A stretch of 56,733 bases of DNA from Phoronis australis (taxonomy: Eukaryota; Animalia; Phoronida). Shown one piece after another: positions 11,030-23,845 of this stretch; the first letter of the stretch is position 1; each line of letters begins with the position of its first letter. The translations under genes and the position numbers were made by a program. Location: NCBI GenBank assembly GCA_002633005.1, contig NMRA01000431.1, positions 63,768 through 120,500 of the forward strand, given 5' to 3'. The notes under the pieces are model-generated. The model was not told the origin of the DNA. It searched no databases and saw nothing but the letters and a program-made list of their open reading frames with translations.

Positions 11030-12686
11030 GCGTCCGTCTGTCCGATATCCGTCCGTCTGGCAGCGGCTGCTCTCTCCAAATTACCTTGACATGTGTTCAT
11101 GAAATTTTGCACGTGTTCCTTCCATGGATGGGACAGCATGAGTGAACTTTCAAACGGATCCGACTACCGATGTGCCCCTAGTGGCAATTTTAGTTTTTGA
11201 CGTTCACCTCTGTATCTTCAAAAGTCCTGAACAGAGCTTCATAAAATTTGGTGTATAGGCACCTATCAGTGAGATGACACTACCATCCTGTTTTCAGATG
11301 AATTTGATGTAGTTTGCGCCACCTAGTGGCCATTTTTACTGCATCCACCCCTCTATCAACCAAACTGCTCCAAGGATGATTGTGAAAATTAGCATGTATG
11401 TTTTTACTATGAAGTGGACGGCTGGCGATGATTTTCCAATGACTTCGACTACTGTGGCGCCTCCTAGTGGCAGTTTTTTTGCGCCTATGGCTGTATCCCC
11501 TAAACCGTTTGCAGGATCTTTACTAAATTTAGAAGTGTATTTATATGATGTTAACAACGGAGGATGACGACTTTCAGACGGATCTGGCTACTGGTGTGCC
11601 ACCTAGTGGCAATTGTATTTTTTTACATTTACCTCAGTCTGTATGTTCAAGTGTCCTCAAGGTATTTTCATAAAATGTGGCATACTGTCATCTCTTAATG
11701 AGATGACGCTATCTCTCCGTTTTTCAGATGGATTCGACCTATTTTGCACCACCTAGTGGCGTCCACTCCTCAATCAACCAAACCGCTTTCAAGATAATTG
11801 TGAAAATTTGCATGTATGTTTTTACTATGAAGTGGACGGCTGACGACGATTTTCCAACGAGTTTGACAATAGTGGCGCCTCCTAGTGGCATTTTTTGCGC
11901 TCATGGCTGTATATTAAACCATTTGCAGGATCTTTACTTGATTTAGCAACTGTATTTAAATGATGTTGATAATGGATGACGACGACTTTCGGATGGCTCT
12001 GACTAGTGGTGTGCCCCTAGTGGCAATTTTAGTTTTTTACGTTTACCAGCCTGCATCTTCAAAGATCCTCAACAGATTTTCATAAAATTTTGAGTATTGG
12101 CATCTATTGGTGAGATGACGCCATCATCCTGTTTTTGGACGTAACCTAGGTATTTGCGCCACCTGGTGGCCTTTTTTTGCTGTTTTCAAATCTTGTTTTT
12201 GGCGTCCACCCCTCGATCAACCAAATCATTCTAGGGATGGTTTTGAAAATTGGCGTATATGTTTTCCATGTAAAAAGGACATTTGATGATGGCGACTGAC
12301 TGCTGTGGCGCCTCCTAGTCGTAGTTTTGTTTTGTTTTGTTTTGTTTTGTTTTGTTTTGCACTCATAGCTGTATCTCCAAAACCCACTGCAGGATCCTTA
12401 TTAATTTTAGTAAGTGAATTTATATGAAGATAATAGACAACGACTTTCGGGCGGATGGCACGGACGCTGTGCCCACAAGTGGCAATTTCATTTTGTTCCG
12501 TTTTTCTTTGTTTCTCTGAAGTTCCTTGACAGATTTTTATGAAATGTGGCATGTTCCCTTTTTTGGATGGATTGTAAGTTTTTGTGCCATCTAGTGGCCA
12601 TTTTTATGATATAAATAAATAACCCCAAAAGCACACCATTTGCGATGCATTCGTGGGCGCATTTCAACATTTCGCGTTGCTCTTGT
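11030..12686 (+). mobile_element. Helentron-associated (HINE/DINE-1-like) element with internal ~140-bp tandem subrepeats, 5'-truncated
   Basis: CGTC microsatellite at the 5' side; repeated GYGCCHCCTAGTGGC units; 3' subTIR GTGGGCGCAT, short CAAC..GTTG hairpin and CTCTTGT end; close relative at 37566-39298. Confidence 0.75.
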
Positions 12687-12922
12687 AATGAATTCTTTGC
12701 AATCATCATGCCAACAAATTACCGCTGCTCTACTTTGGAACATTCCAGTGATTCGACTCCAGGATTTAAAATTGGGTCAACTAAAGCTAGCTATCCTACT
12801 CTTGCAAAAAGTGATTTTTTGTTTGCTCTTGCTGGAGCGTTACGATTATGATTTTCCTACAACAGGAGATAAGTTGAGGTTTAATGCTCAAGATTCACCT
12901 GTTAATCATTTATTCATTGCAG

Positions 12923-13244
12923 TCGAAGTCGATCACACAGTCGCAGCCGTAGTCGAAGCCGCAATCGTTCCAGGAGTAGGTCTCGCCGTCGCAGTCGTTC
13001 CAGGAGTCGATCAAAGAGCCGATCTAAGAGTCGGTCTAAGAGCAGGTCAAAGAGCAAGTCCAGAGGTCGCTCCAAGTCAAAGTCTCGCAGCCGCTCCAGG
13101 TCACGCAGCCGCAGCAAGTCTCGCAGCAAGAGCCGCAGCAGGTCAAAAAGCAAGAGCCCAGCAAAAGATACTGCTGCTGAAAATGGCGAGCAGCCAATGG
13201 AGCAGAAGGACTCGGCTGGAGACAAGGAGAAGGACGACGAGTAA
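12923..13244 (+). CDS. SRSF4/5/6: SR paralog A, last coding exon (RS domain plus acidic tail)
   Basis: ttgcag|t CGA AGT CGA...; RSRSHSRSRSRSRNRSRSRSRRRSRSRSRSKSRSKS...KSPAKDTAAENGEQPMEQKDSAGDKEKDDE then TAA. Confidence 0.96.
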
Positions 13245-13501
13245 TTGTCTTGGTATCTGAACTGTTAAGTGGTCACTTGAAACCTCAGCAAACTATAGAA
13301 ATGAGACAAAAAATACGTTATCAACTGCATCAGAAGAATAGGTTTAATAGTTTTCATTGAAATTGTACATTTTCTCATTCTCCGTGACTTATACTGTATC
13401 GTAATTTTTAGTAGTTTTAGGTCTGAGTAACGTGTATTGTTTGTTGTGGTAAAAGGTTGTACTCTGAAGATGTACTCCATAACCAGTCTCGTCTTTTTAA
13501 T

Positions 13502-13507
13502 AATAAA
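13502..13507 (+). terminator. Candidate polyadenylation signal, SR paralog A
   Basis: AATAAA ~260 nt after the stop, followed by U/GU-rich sequence. Confidence 0.55.
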
Positions 13508-14633
13508 TGAAGTATTTTTAAGTGAAATTGGAATTCTTTATTAGTACACTCACCATTTTGCTGCTTGTTTGCTTGCTGCGGTGCTGCGCATAGAAGCACA
13601 TTTTACTTTGATTGTTGAATAATCAAATTAACAGGGAACCGTTAAATTTCACATCTCTTTGTGGAGTTATTAGATATATTTAACGAGAGGACTAATTCAT
13701 CAAGAGGAACATGCAAGTATTGGGGGAGGATCTGTTTATTGAAGGGAACATATATAGGGAGACAACCAAGTTATAAAACACTTTCATAATTCTCTGACAA
13801 CTTTGAAACGAAATAAATGTCTTGCACAGAAGTTGTTTTACAGTTTTGTTTGTCAGTGAGTGCGTCTGGCTAGCTTCATTTGAAGATGACTGCGAATACA
13901 CTCAATAGGTGGTGCTTGTTGTGACATTTTGTTATTTGGTTGCTGCATGTTTTGTGAGAAAAATCCTAGAACTGAAACCTAAGCTATAATCCTTTGTGAA
14001 ATGATCCAAGTTTATTGTTGAAATGTGATATGATTGATAGTTTAAAATGGCTAGAAACCTGTGTTCCATCCTAAAAGCGGACTTGCACTGGCTGGGGTAA
14101 GGTGGTAGTAAGCCCTCTACAGTACATACAACGAATTTTTTTATTTTCGAGTGTTTAGACAGGTGCTTAGAGTCGAATTTTGGACAATTTGTCGATTGAA
14201 ATAGAATTTTATGAATGTTGCAGTTACGTTCGATTCCAGAGATCACTGTATACAATATCACGAAAGACGTCACTCTAGTCCGCTGGGGTACATGATAGTG
14301 TTGGCTTTTGCACTTCTGGAGTGAGATCTGGTGAAATGGTGTAATACGATTACACGACGACGAATCGTTGTACCCTCACTGAGGTGTTCCACAAAAGCAA
14401 TACCACAAGTCCACTAATCAGAATGTGTAGTCGGTTATCCAAAAGTCGCACATTATATAATTGAAGGCATATTCGAAATATCGATGTGTACAGTGCTGTT
14501 GGAGACACGGTTGTAGGATGCGATTGCCGTTGCAATGTGAAATCTGCCGCAACTAATAACACAGACGTAAACCACTATAACTGCATACCGCTGTGTTACT
14601 GAGGAAAATCGAATTTTTACCTTTTACTCGTAT

Positions 14634-17476
14634 CAGGCTTTCAAGCGTTCCTACTTTCCCACGTTTTGGCCTGTTCCTACTTTTTTCTGAAATTCCTAAT
14701 ATTTCCTACTTTTTTCTCATTTATCCAAACAACGTTTGAGTTATGTTTTTGGAGAAGTGAGTAATCATTGTCAGAAGCAGCACACGAAGGACCTCCAGCA
14801 CAAACTATGCTACGAAAAGACTGTTGTTGGGGAGCCAGCAGGACTTCATTCACACGTTTGAGTACAAAAGGTTTGAGTGCGTAATTCTATTGTAAATCGC
14901 CTACCATTGAAGGAATGGGTATTTTAATTTGCACAGTCCTGGGCTTTGGTCCCTGGAGTGGTCCAAAAAAGGGCCCAGTTATCCATTTAATTAAAATTTC
15001 GAGAGAGCAACATCCGTTTCAAATTTATTTCATTCACCACTAACATTAAATGATTGAACTTAAAAGACTACGGTTGATTTAGGCGCCTACTTATTAATGA
15101 CTTATTAACTTTTTCCAAAAGATAGTTTACTAACTCTGAACACCATGTCCACAACTTGAGATGCGATTTTTCATGGGATTTGCAGATAAGAGATAACAAG
15201 ACCCCCAAAAGTGAACTTGATTTCTGCTATGGATAAAACGTTTGAAATAAACAAAACCACAATTTATGACACAAAAAATCCTAGTTATTAATTAAGACGC
15301 TTATTAATGAACAACCAATTCATGATTTATTTAAATTTTAAGTGCAACAAAAACTTTTTTCCAGAAGATAGTTTAGTAACCTTGGACACCATATCCACAT
15401 CTGAATACGCAATTTTACCTGGGGTTAGTAGATAAGACGGGGGGAGTTGGTGTTTGTACCTTGAAGGACAATAAGATTCTGTTGTAGGAGGGGAACAGAA
15501 AAGAGACTCGACCTTCACGAAACAACTTGAGAGGGAGTCGTTCAAACGAGAGCTACCTGTCTTTCTCAGTCACCAAGGATTGGTCGAGCAAATTCTACAG
15601 TTGGATGGGAAGTGTATTTTGGGGTGATGGGAGATTTCACTCGGTACTTCGTTGAAGACGGAGATGTGCGATATGCACGTAATCAGTCCCATCTCACTTG
15701 GAAACCGACACCAGAGTCATTCTTCATATGATTCAGACAGTCCACACGTGGCAACATGGTCGTAAGAGCTTCTGACACCGACATTTTAGTTTTGCTCCTA
15801 CACTTCAGTGAGCCGCGATGTCTCAACAGAAGAAGTCATCAAAATCTTGCAAGATTTTGTTTGTGTGTTTTACGGAGCAGGGAAACTTGTCCCACTCAGT
15901 CATCAAGCACCGGTTCAACATAGTTGACAAAGCCTACAAACGAAAGTCAACGCTAAGCACCGATTTGAGAAGCTTAAAAGCATCGAGGGCAGCTGTGAAA
16001 CTGAACAATAGCATTTCGTATGGATAGAAGTGCAGTCGTTGCTAGACTGTGGGGTAGTGCTCATCTCTAAATCTTGTACAAAATACCCACCATTGGATGT
16101 GAAAATGTTGACAACGAATTTCGTATCATTTGATTCAGTGGAGAAAAGATGCCCACTGTTATCCCAGAGGTTCCAGTCGAAATGGAGCCAGACGACAATG
16201 GTGGCGATGGTGAGAGAGGTGATGATTAGGCCTACCTACCAAGAGAAATGGAATCATCTGATGAAGATAGTGACGACGATCACAACTTAGATGTTTGCAG
16301 TTAAATTACAAGAGAGTTAATTGTTATTGCCTTTTGGATTTCGGTTTTATCGTATGAAACAATGAACTGTGTCATGCTTCATATTTGTTGCCACTAGATA
16401 TGCTCTTTCAAGCAGCTCGGCTTTAATTTGAAGCCAGCTTATTTAGTTAGCCCAGATGTATAATACGTTTTTGTTTCATTTTTGTTGTATTTGGGAGTAA
16501 ATTGGTCATATCATCAGATGTATTTGAAATAATATGTCTTATCCTTAGTAGTAATCAAAATTGTCGTATTTCCTCTTTTATACAAGTTCATTTTGGGGGT
16601 CTTCAGTCTTATCATTTGGGTCAAAACACCCACGTTTTATCTGCAAACCCCAGGTAAAATCCAGTCTTAAAGTGAGGATTTGGTGTCCAGAATTACTAAA
16701 CAATCTTTTGAAAAAGGATTTTTGTTGCACTTAAAAGCTTAAGAAATCGTTAATTAGCCGTTAATTAACAAGTGTCTTAATCAGTTACACAAGAATTTTT
16801 TAGGTCGTAAGTTGCATTTTTGTTCATTTGAAATAATGTTTTATCCATAGTGGTAATAAAAAAATCGTATTTCCTCTTTTATTAGTTCATTTTTGAGGGT
16901 CTTCTTATCCCTTGGGGTCCAAACACCCCCGTCTTATCTACAAACCCCAGGAAAAACCGCGTGGATATGGTTTCTAAGCTATCTTTTGGAAAAAGTATTT
17001 TTGTTGCATTTAAAATTTTAAATAAATTGTTAATTAGTAGACCTTTAAGTTAATAACCCTGGGCAATTACGCGTCTTAAGTTGCATCATTTTAATTTGAG
17101 TGGTGATTTGAAATAAAATTGAAACGGATGTTCCACTCATAATTTTAATTAAATGGATTTTTGGGTCCTCTTTTGGACCCCCAGGGACCAAAAACCCTTT
17201 TCCTTCAATGGTGGGTGATGTGCAATAGAATTTCTCAATCAAACCTTTTGCACTCAAAAGTGAATGAAGTCCTGCTGGCTCTCCAACTAATGGTTAGTAC
17301 TGCCTGTGACATGAGGTGAACGTCATTGGTAAGTATATCGATGAAAACTACCCCTGAATGCCTGCTCTTGTTATTCTACTTTTTCCTGCTCTTCACTTCA
17401 CAGTTCCTACTTGTTCCTAGTGAAAATGTGTCATACTTTTTTGCTACTTTTTTACCTAAAACTGCTTGAAAGCCTG
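14634..17476. mobile_element. hAT-like MITE hosting a nested Academ element
   Basis: TIR CAGGCTTTCAAGC...GCTTGAAAGCCTG; subterminal TCCTACTTT repeats at both ends; flanks TCGTAT/TCTTAT (6 bp, 1 mismatch). Confidence 0.75.
14824..17289 (+). mobile_element. Internally deleted AcademX-like DNA transposon
   Basis: TIRs of several hundred bp ending (T)TGTTGGGGAGCCAGCAGGACTTCATTCAC / GTGAATGAAGTCCTGCTGGCTCTCCAACTA; flanks CTG/ATG; frameshifted XPG/PIN-like remnant SHLETDTRVILH...MVVRASDTDILVLLLHF at ~15690-15810 and an acidic tail at ~16170-16285. Confidence 0.7.
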
Positions 17477-17509
17477 TCTTATATAAGGATTCTAGTACCA
17501 ACCAGAACG

Positions 17510-17583
17510 CATGTGGGCGGCGCAGCACTGAAAAAAAGTGGCGGGCTGTAGCCCCCCCAAACCCCTATGGTGCGCCGCCCATG
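17510..17583. mobile_element. 74-bp MITE with 5-bp TSD
   Basis: CATG(T)GGGCGGCGCA...TGCGCCGCCCATG flanked by GAACG on both sides; family member at 50811-50952. Confidence 0.8.
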
Positions 17584-19599
17584 GAACGTGGAAATCATCT
17601 AGTGAATCGAGAGCGACGTCACGCTTTAGTGGGGTTGGTCTGTCGTCCCTGTCGAATCGGGCTAATGTATTGAGGTTTTGGAAGTGGAGCATTGCTTGCA
17701 TTGGCTGTGACTGGAGTCGGGTCATTCGGCACTTGTTCAAGATCGTATGAGCGCGGAAATGCTTTTGAATCCTAAAACGCTTCAGTGAAGATATGTGCAA
17801 CATTGACAGCCGAACAAGGGTGAATGCTGTTTTGAAAACCTATCGCAGTCGTCTATTTTGTAGTCTACCTCTCATATGTGTCCATTGGTTCCTGATTGTC
17901 TTATTTAATAAGTATGCTCGTCGGTCTTTACCCAAGAAATCCGCAGTCTTCCATGTTGCGTCACTTGTTTTTCTGGGGTCATAGGGGGGCCTAAGCCTAG
18001 TTTCGGTGATGATTCGCGGCATTTTATTTGCAGTGTACATCGGGCGTCGTTCTGTGCTAGCCATGATTTATGATTCCGTGTCTTCTTGGATCCAAAGTCA
18101 AAGAGGTTGATTGGACCCGCCGAATTTTGGGAACCCGCTGATCCACTGTTTGGAAGTGTTGCCCGCTAGTTTGTGAGCGGCTATAAGTGCCTGCAAAGGA
18201 AACAAAAAAAAAAAACATAAATAAAATGTAACCAAGTTCACTGAAGCATCGTTATTTCTTACAAAATTAGCTTCTAATTATGAAAAAATCATCTGCAAAT
18301 CAGCCTAACTAAACATGTAAATCAGAAACCGACAAATTCATTGTTGATTAAAATAGTTTAGGCAATTCCCGAAGGCATGCTCTGAACTGGGGAACATGGG
18401 AGACGATCGAGGCATCCCACAGAGATTGGGAATCACTCCAAGAAAATTTCTGAATTTATTCGTGTTGACCTGTGTTTAATTTTGGTTCCGTTTTGGACGC
18501 CGGGCAGCTATTGCGGTTCATTAGTGATTGAACTCCAAAAATCGGTGAAATCTTGTAATGGACACTGATGTACGGTATTCTGTAATATAAAATCGCCCCT
18601 TCGACTGGCAACAATTAACAAGAAACGATCTTTAAAATTAAGAAATGCTATTCTGATTATACCGGCATGGTTGGGGGGTAAGTATTTACACTTTGTCGTT
18701 CAACCGTCGGCTGCCACCAACGCGGACCCCTTTCAAGAGCTGGGCTGGCCCCTAAACATGAAAGGATAATTCAGTGGCGTATTTACGTTTTCAGTAAGGG
18801 AGAGGGTTCAGGATTCCCGCAAAGTCGAATCCTAGGCGCATGACATTTCTGTGCCATCCTGGTAAGTTTCTGGCACTTAACATGTCTCTGGAGTTTTTCT
18901 TAAGATAATTAAAAACCCTTCTCGATTTCGTCACATGAACTTGGCTCATAAGTTTCGTGAAACCATATTGTGCACATCTGCTTATGAGTCACGTCACCAG
19001 CAAAAATTTTTGTTGGAACATCTGCATACACACACCTTTTCAGTTAGCATGCGAAAAGTCGTATACGAAAAAGTGTGGTGTGTATACAGGGGTTTAGACA
19101 ACTTCCAAATATTCAAAAGCATAAGGAGCACCGACGGGGCGTAAAAAATTGAATATCAGCAGCCTCAAGTTGTTTAAGAACGAATACCTGTACTGTTAGT
19201 CAGGAATTAACATGTGTTCTGTCTCGTTACAAGAAAAACTGGCGAACGGTGGTGCTCTCAGCTCATAGCCTATTATTAAAAGCGACAATGAATAATTAAG
19301 TATCACTTTATTTAGCTGAATCACGTTGACAACAATTGAAAAACGTCAAATGTATCGGGAAACAAATCATCAGAAAACAGTTTCACGAAATCAAAACATC
19401 CTGTGCACAGTGTCGATCTGTCGCGGGACCAAACAGTGCTGGCTGAGATAAATAGTTTTACAAAGCACACTTTGGTAAAAAAAAATCACAAGACTAGTTC
19501 GCCGGGGGACCAGAAGTACGCTGAAACTCAGTCAACATCTACACAAATCAAGCTGGCCTTGTCCGTCGCGAGACCTAAAGTGTACTATGCAAAAAAATT

Positions 19600-19990
19600 T
19601 GAATCGAAAACCTCTTTATAGACACTTTTTAATCCCCAGTGGTTACTCATACGTTAGTGTTATCCTTCTGTTGTCTAGACTACCGAGGAATCTGTATATC
19701 GGATCCAATGGTTTGCTCCTCTTGGAACCATTCTACCCAGATATCATCATCGATCATGTTTGTTGCACTTCGAAAGCTGCTGTGTCAATGAGCTTGTAAG
19801 CCTCTACAATGTCAGCATCTCTTTTCGCAATTCAGTTGGCACTAAGACCCTTAAGGTTGCCTAGTCCATTCAAAAGACTTACATGCGCAACTAAATTTGA
19901 TCCGTTCATCATGGACTACTTTCAAACCTTGACGATGTATCCCAGGACCTATTTGCATCTCTTGCAATTTTCGAAATAAACGTCCCAATG
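19600..19990 (-). pseudogene. Decayed hAT transposase fragment (THAP12/PRKRIR-ZMYM1-like)
   Basis: Minus-strand translation with stops and frameshifts: LKGLSAN*IAKRDADIVEAYKLID...IQIPR*SRQQKDNTN, resembling the LS.kLQ...Di..A...I and PR...rQ..r.N blocks of this hAT group. Confidence 0.5.
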
Positions 19991-21079
19991 TCTGAACGCT
20001 TGAAACCCGAAGTAATAACATCAAATAAATGCCCATGGGCATGAGCGTTTCATAGGGTGGGCCTTTTTGCGGAAATTCTAGAAGACGGCAGTGTGCTTAT
20101 TGCAACTGGAAAGACTAGGTGTTGTGGTCGGAACTAGGGCTCATTAGGAGGCCTATTGAAAGGACAGCCTCCCCGCAATTTCTGGTACTGTACACTGTTC
20201 GCGAATGCGGTCACTTTGTCAATGTGAGTCCCCCTTTGGTCATTCCTTGTATAGACATAACTTGTTAGAGTGCATCTTCAAACGGACTCGCGACTAGTCC
20301 ACGGCGCCCGCCACAATAGCAATTCTTCGGAAAAAGAATATTTTTTTTCAAAAATATTACACGTACATGTTCACTGCATGATACTTTTACTATACATCGG
20401 TTACAAATGTGTGGAGTGTAATAGAATGACACGGCATAACAGATGAGGTAAAAACGTTGCACGTCAATTCGCCTGAATATGAGGGTTGTGGCAACACAGT
20501 ATAATCAAATCAAAACATGTCTTAGAGTAAAGAAGCTAGCCTAAAGAAATCAGCTATAGAACTGCTCTTTTAGCGGTGGATCCATCTAAAATGCTTTACT
20601 ACTTCAGAATTAGTGTCGACGGAAACGCCCGCACAATCAACTTAGAAGTTGACTTGATCTCGGCGCGCTTTGCCGATGAACCACAATTCACACATGCAAA
20701 AAATTATATTTTCAGAGTGAACCCCCCCCCCCTCAATTTTCCAAGTTTGGTTTAGTTGGGGTTCACACACGCTAGCGGTGCCGTTTTTGTTTTGCTGGAG
20801 ACGTTTTTTTATTTTATTTTTTTTTTTAAATTTTGGGTCCTGGCCCAAGGGGGGGGGTTTAAACCCCCTGAACCCCCCCCCGTAGATCCGCCACTGCCGA
20901 TATATAATTTCAAAAAAAAAAACAGGGAATGATGCCGTCTGACAGGTTCTCGTTTTTATTAAGCCAATATAGCCCTACAATTTCGGGAAAGATATCGCGG
21001 ACAACCAATTACCCGGTGTACTTGGGCCAGCAGAGTGCTGTGAGAGTGTGAGCACATGAGCACCAGTCATGCACTCAAA

Positions 21080-21159
21080 GGAATAACTTCAGGTGGCACT
21101 ACAGTCTTGCCGCCTTGAATTTCATTGTGCAAGCCCCGTACAATCAGCTAACTGGCAAG
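21080..21159 (+). other. Candidate non-coding first exon of SR paralog B (start approximate)
   Basis: The paralog B ATG directly follows an acceptor (ttttgtttcag|ATG), so an upstream exon is needed; a strong donor CAAG|GTAAGA at 21159/21160 lies in non-repetitive, relatively GC-rich sequence. Confidence 0.4.
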
Positions 21160-21572
21160 GTAAGAAGTGTGGAGTGTGAAATTTTTGTGTTTCATTATTG
21201 GCGTTGTCTCTCTATGTAACATATCAATAACAAATCTCAGAGCATCTATAAGTTTGTGTCTTCGCGTCTTTAACTACTGCCGTCGGAAATAGGTCTACGG
21301 GAACGACTGAGACCGCATGTAGGCCTACTGCCGCGTACTGCATGCCGAGAGTCGAGGTCTCGAGGGCACTGTCCAGTGCCAGTGCCAGTCCAGTGGCATG
21401 CGAGTTTCACCACAGGCACCTTTGATCAGCCCTCAACTATACACTAAATAAAGAGATTTCTCTTTATTATAGTATATGGTCGAGGGCTTCTTAAAGGTGC
21501 GTGTGGTTTCACTTATCAAATTAGACAGTGCCACGAACTAGCAGTAGAGACGTTGGCCATCAGGCCATCCAT

Positions 21573-22461
21573 TAGGCAATGACCATCGCCTCTGTTGGCC
21601 CGAAGCAGAGGCGATGTAGAGGCTATAGGCGCTCTGTACGCCGGAAGCTTTTCGGCGAATTATGCCTCGCACCGACTAAACCATCAAAGTCACGTTGTTA
21701 CAAATACCTTTTGCGCATAGAGGAACACCTTAGGAGGTTGTCGATGTGTTTAATTCCTTCCAACTCGAACAAATACTCCCGTTATGAAACTTTTTCTTCG
21801 AGCAGTCCCTATTTCAGTTCCCAAAATCGTGAACTCACCATTTTTATACTGCGCACGCTCCAATTCATGACCTCAATCTTTAAATAGGCCAAAGGTGAGC
21901 CATTGCGGTCTTGTCAGTCAAATGTTAGTTTCCAAAATGCCATCACTTATACTTGTCTTTAATTGGCGTTACTGGAAACTGATTGTATTTCAACGAATCA
22001 TTGTTTGTATTTGATAAAAACAAATGCTGTTGATATGACATTTAATAGTCTTTTTGCACATATTTGACATTTTAATGTTTAACAACACGGCAAATGCACG
22101 GCTGGTTCCCGGCAGCACGTACGCGAAGGGCGGGAACTTCAGCTTTCAAAGTTCGCCGGTAGGTCCGCAACTTCTGACCTTCGGCCTGGTTAAAAAAAAT
22201 GAAAAAGTTGAGTTCACGATTTTGGGAACTGAAATAGGGACTGCTCGAAGAAAAAGTTTCATAACGGGAGTATTTGTTCGAGTTGGAAGGAATTAAACAC
22301 ATCGACAACCTCCTAAGGTGTTCCTCTATGCGCAAAAGGTATTTGTAACAACGTGACTTCGGTGCGAGGCATAATTCGCCGAAAAGCTTCCGGCGTACAG
22401 AGCGCCTATAGCCTCTACATCGCCTCTGCTTCGGGCCAACAGAGGTGATGGTCATTGCCTA
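21573..22461. mobile_element. Fold-back non-autonomous element, AcademH-like
   Basis: Near-perfect TIRs of >270 bp starting TAGGCAATGACCATC and ending GTCATTGCCTA; perfect 9-bp TSD GCCATCCAT. Confidence 0.85.
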
Positions 22462-22798
22462 GCCATCCATAGGCCCTGCCTAAATACGCCGGAAGCTTTT
22501 CGGCGAATTAGGCCTCACAGTGATCAAACTATCAAAATAAGGTTGCTAAATAGGATGGTCGAAGTCGGCCATTTTGTGTTTGGATTTGTGATTTTGCCCA
22601 CAGGCGCTTGAGTTTATCTGTTCGTTGATCGCAAATGACGTCACTGAGGTTGGACAGAATTTTCTACTCAGATGTGCATGTAGGTAATTACATCGTCCTG
22701 GATGCCACAGGCATACAGGTCAGGGGCTATAGTACATCCCCACAAAAAGTTATTCATTTCAAAATGCATTAAATGAAACCAAATGAACCATACATATA

Positions 22799-23593
22799 CA
22801 CCGGTGACCTAAAGTCGTGAATACAAGCAGTTGATTGTCATACTACCCAGTGCCCGTTTGCAACTGCTCATGTGATGTCATGGACATATATCAGCGTTCA
22901 CAAATATACGTGTTTTGACAATCTTAATCCTTGTTTGTATCCGTAAGAAGAGTTTTAAAACGGTCGCTGATATCGCCGGCCATTTTGAATGAGGACCTAA
23001 AGTCGTGAACGTTTCGTTTAGACGGAAATGCACGAAGTAAGACCACACAAATCAACTACAGTGCTTACAGTTACTCTAGATGACATAAAAATACATTTCA
23101 TTGTTTATTAATTCAGTTTCAATTGAAATAAATTGTTATGTTTTACACCCAACTTTGATGTGCACAGACGTTTCCAATGAGATTGTTCACGTAAAACGCT
23201 AAGAACCCAGCATCAATTATCGCCCTGTATTTTATTGTTTTGGCCTTACAAAACTTGATCGACCCTGGGACATTTTGATACATTGTTCAAACTACCCCTA
23301 GAGCGCGTGTTTGAGTAAATCTAAGCGATAAATATTTCCGAAAATATAGCCCAAAAATGCACAAAAAAGTGAATTAGTGAAATATGCCATTTTTAAGATA
23401 CATGTGAAAAAAGAAGCCACTCACTCACTGTTTGTTATCCTATTGTGAATATGAACACGACTGGGTATTCGTTTGACGTTCGTGAGCAGACGAACGCTAG
23501 AAACTTCAACGCCAGATGTCGCAGCACTGCCCAGAAGAGGAAATAAGATCGTTCACGACTTTAGGGCACTCACGACTTTAGGACCTCTGACGG
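22799..23593. mobile_element. Tc1/mariner-like MITE
   Basis: Imperfect TIRs sharing GWCCTAAAGTCGTGA / TCACGACTTTAGG, also repeated subterminally; TA at both flanks. Confidence 0.55.
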
Positions 23594-23845
23594 TATAGGA
23601 ACATGGGGTTATAATTAACGCATACTATGACTCTGGATACAATTTAGTCTGCAAAACTTGAACAAATCGATGAAAATCTGTCACGGTTTGCTCGAATTTC
23701 TCTTACTGTGTGCCATTTTGAGGTACTTCTGTGAAATCACGCATGTTGACGAATGAAAAGTCCAAGGGACACATATCTTACAAATTTCAACTGATACCTT
23801 CTCATGCTATTTTTCAAATGTCACACGCTAATGTCACCTGATGAT

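Noticed and set aside
12640-13260. 206-aa + strand ORF and 103-aa - strand (LR/DL-rich) ORF
   Set aside because: Alternative-frame and antisense shadows of the RS-domain exon; the same applies to 40642-41022 and 40652-40963.
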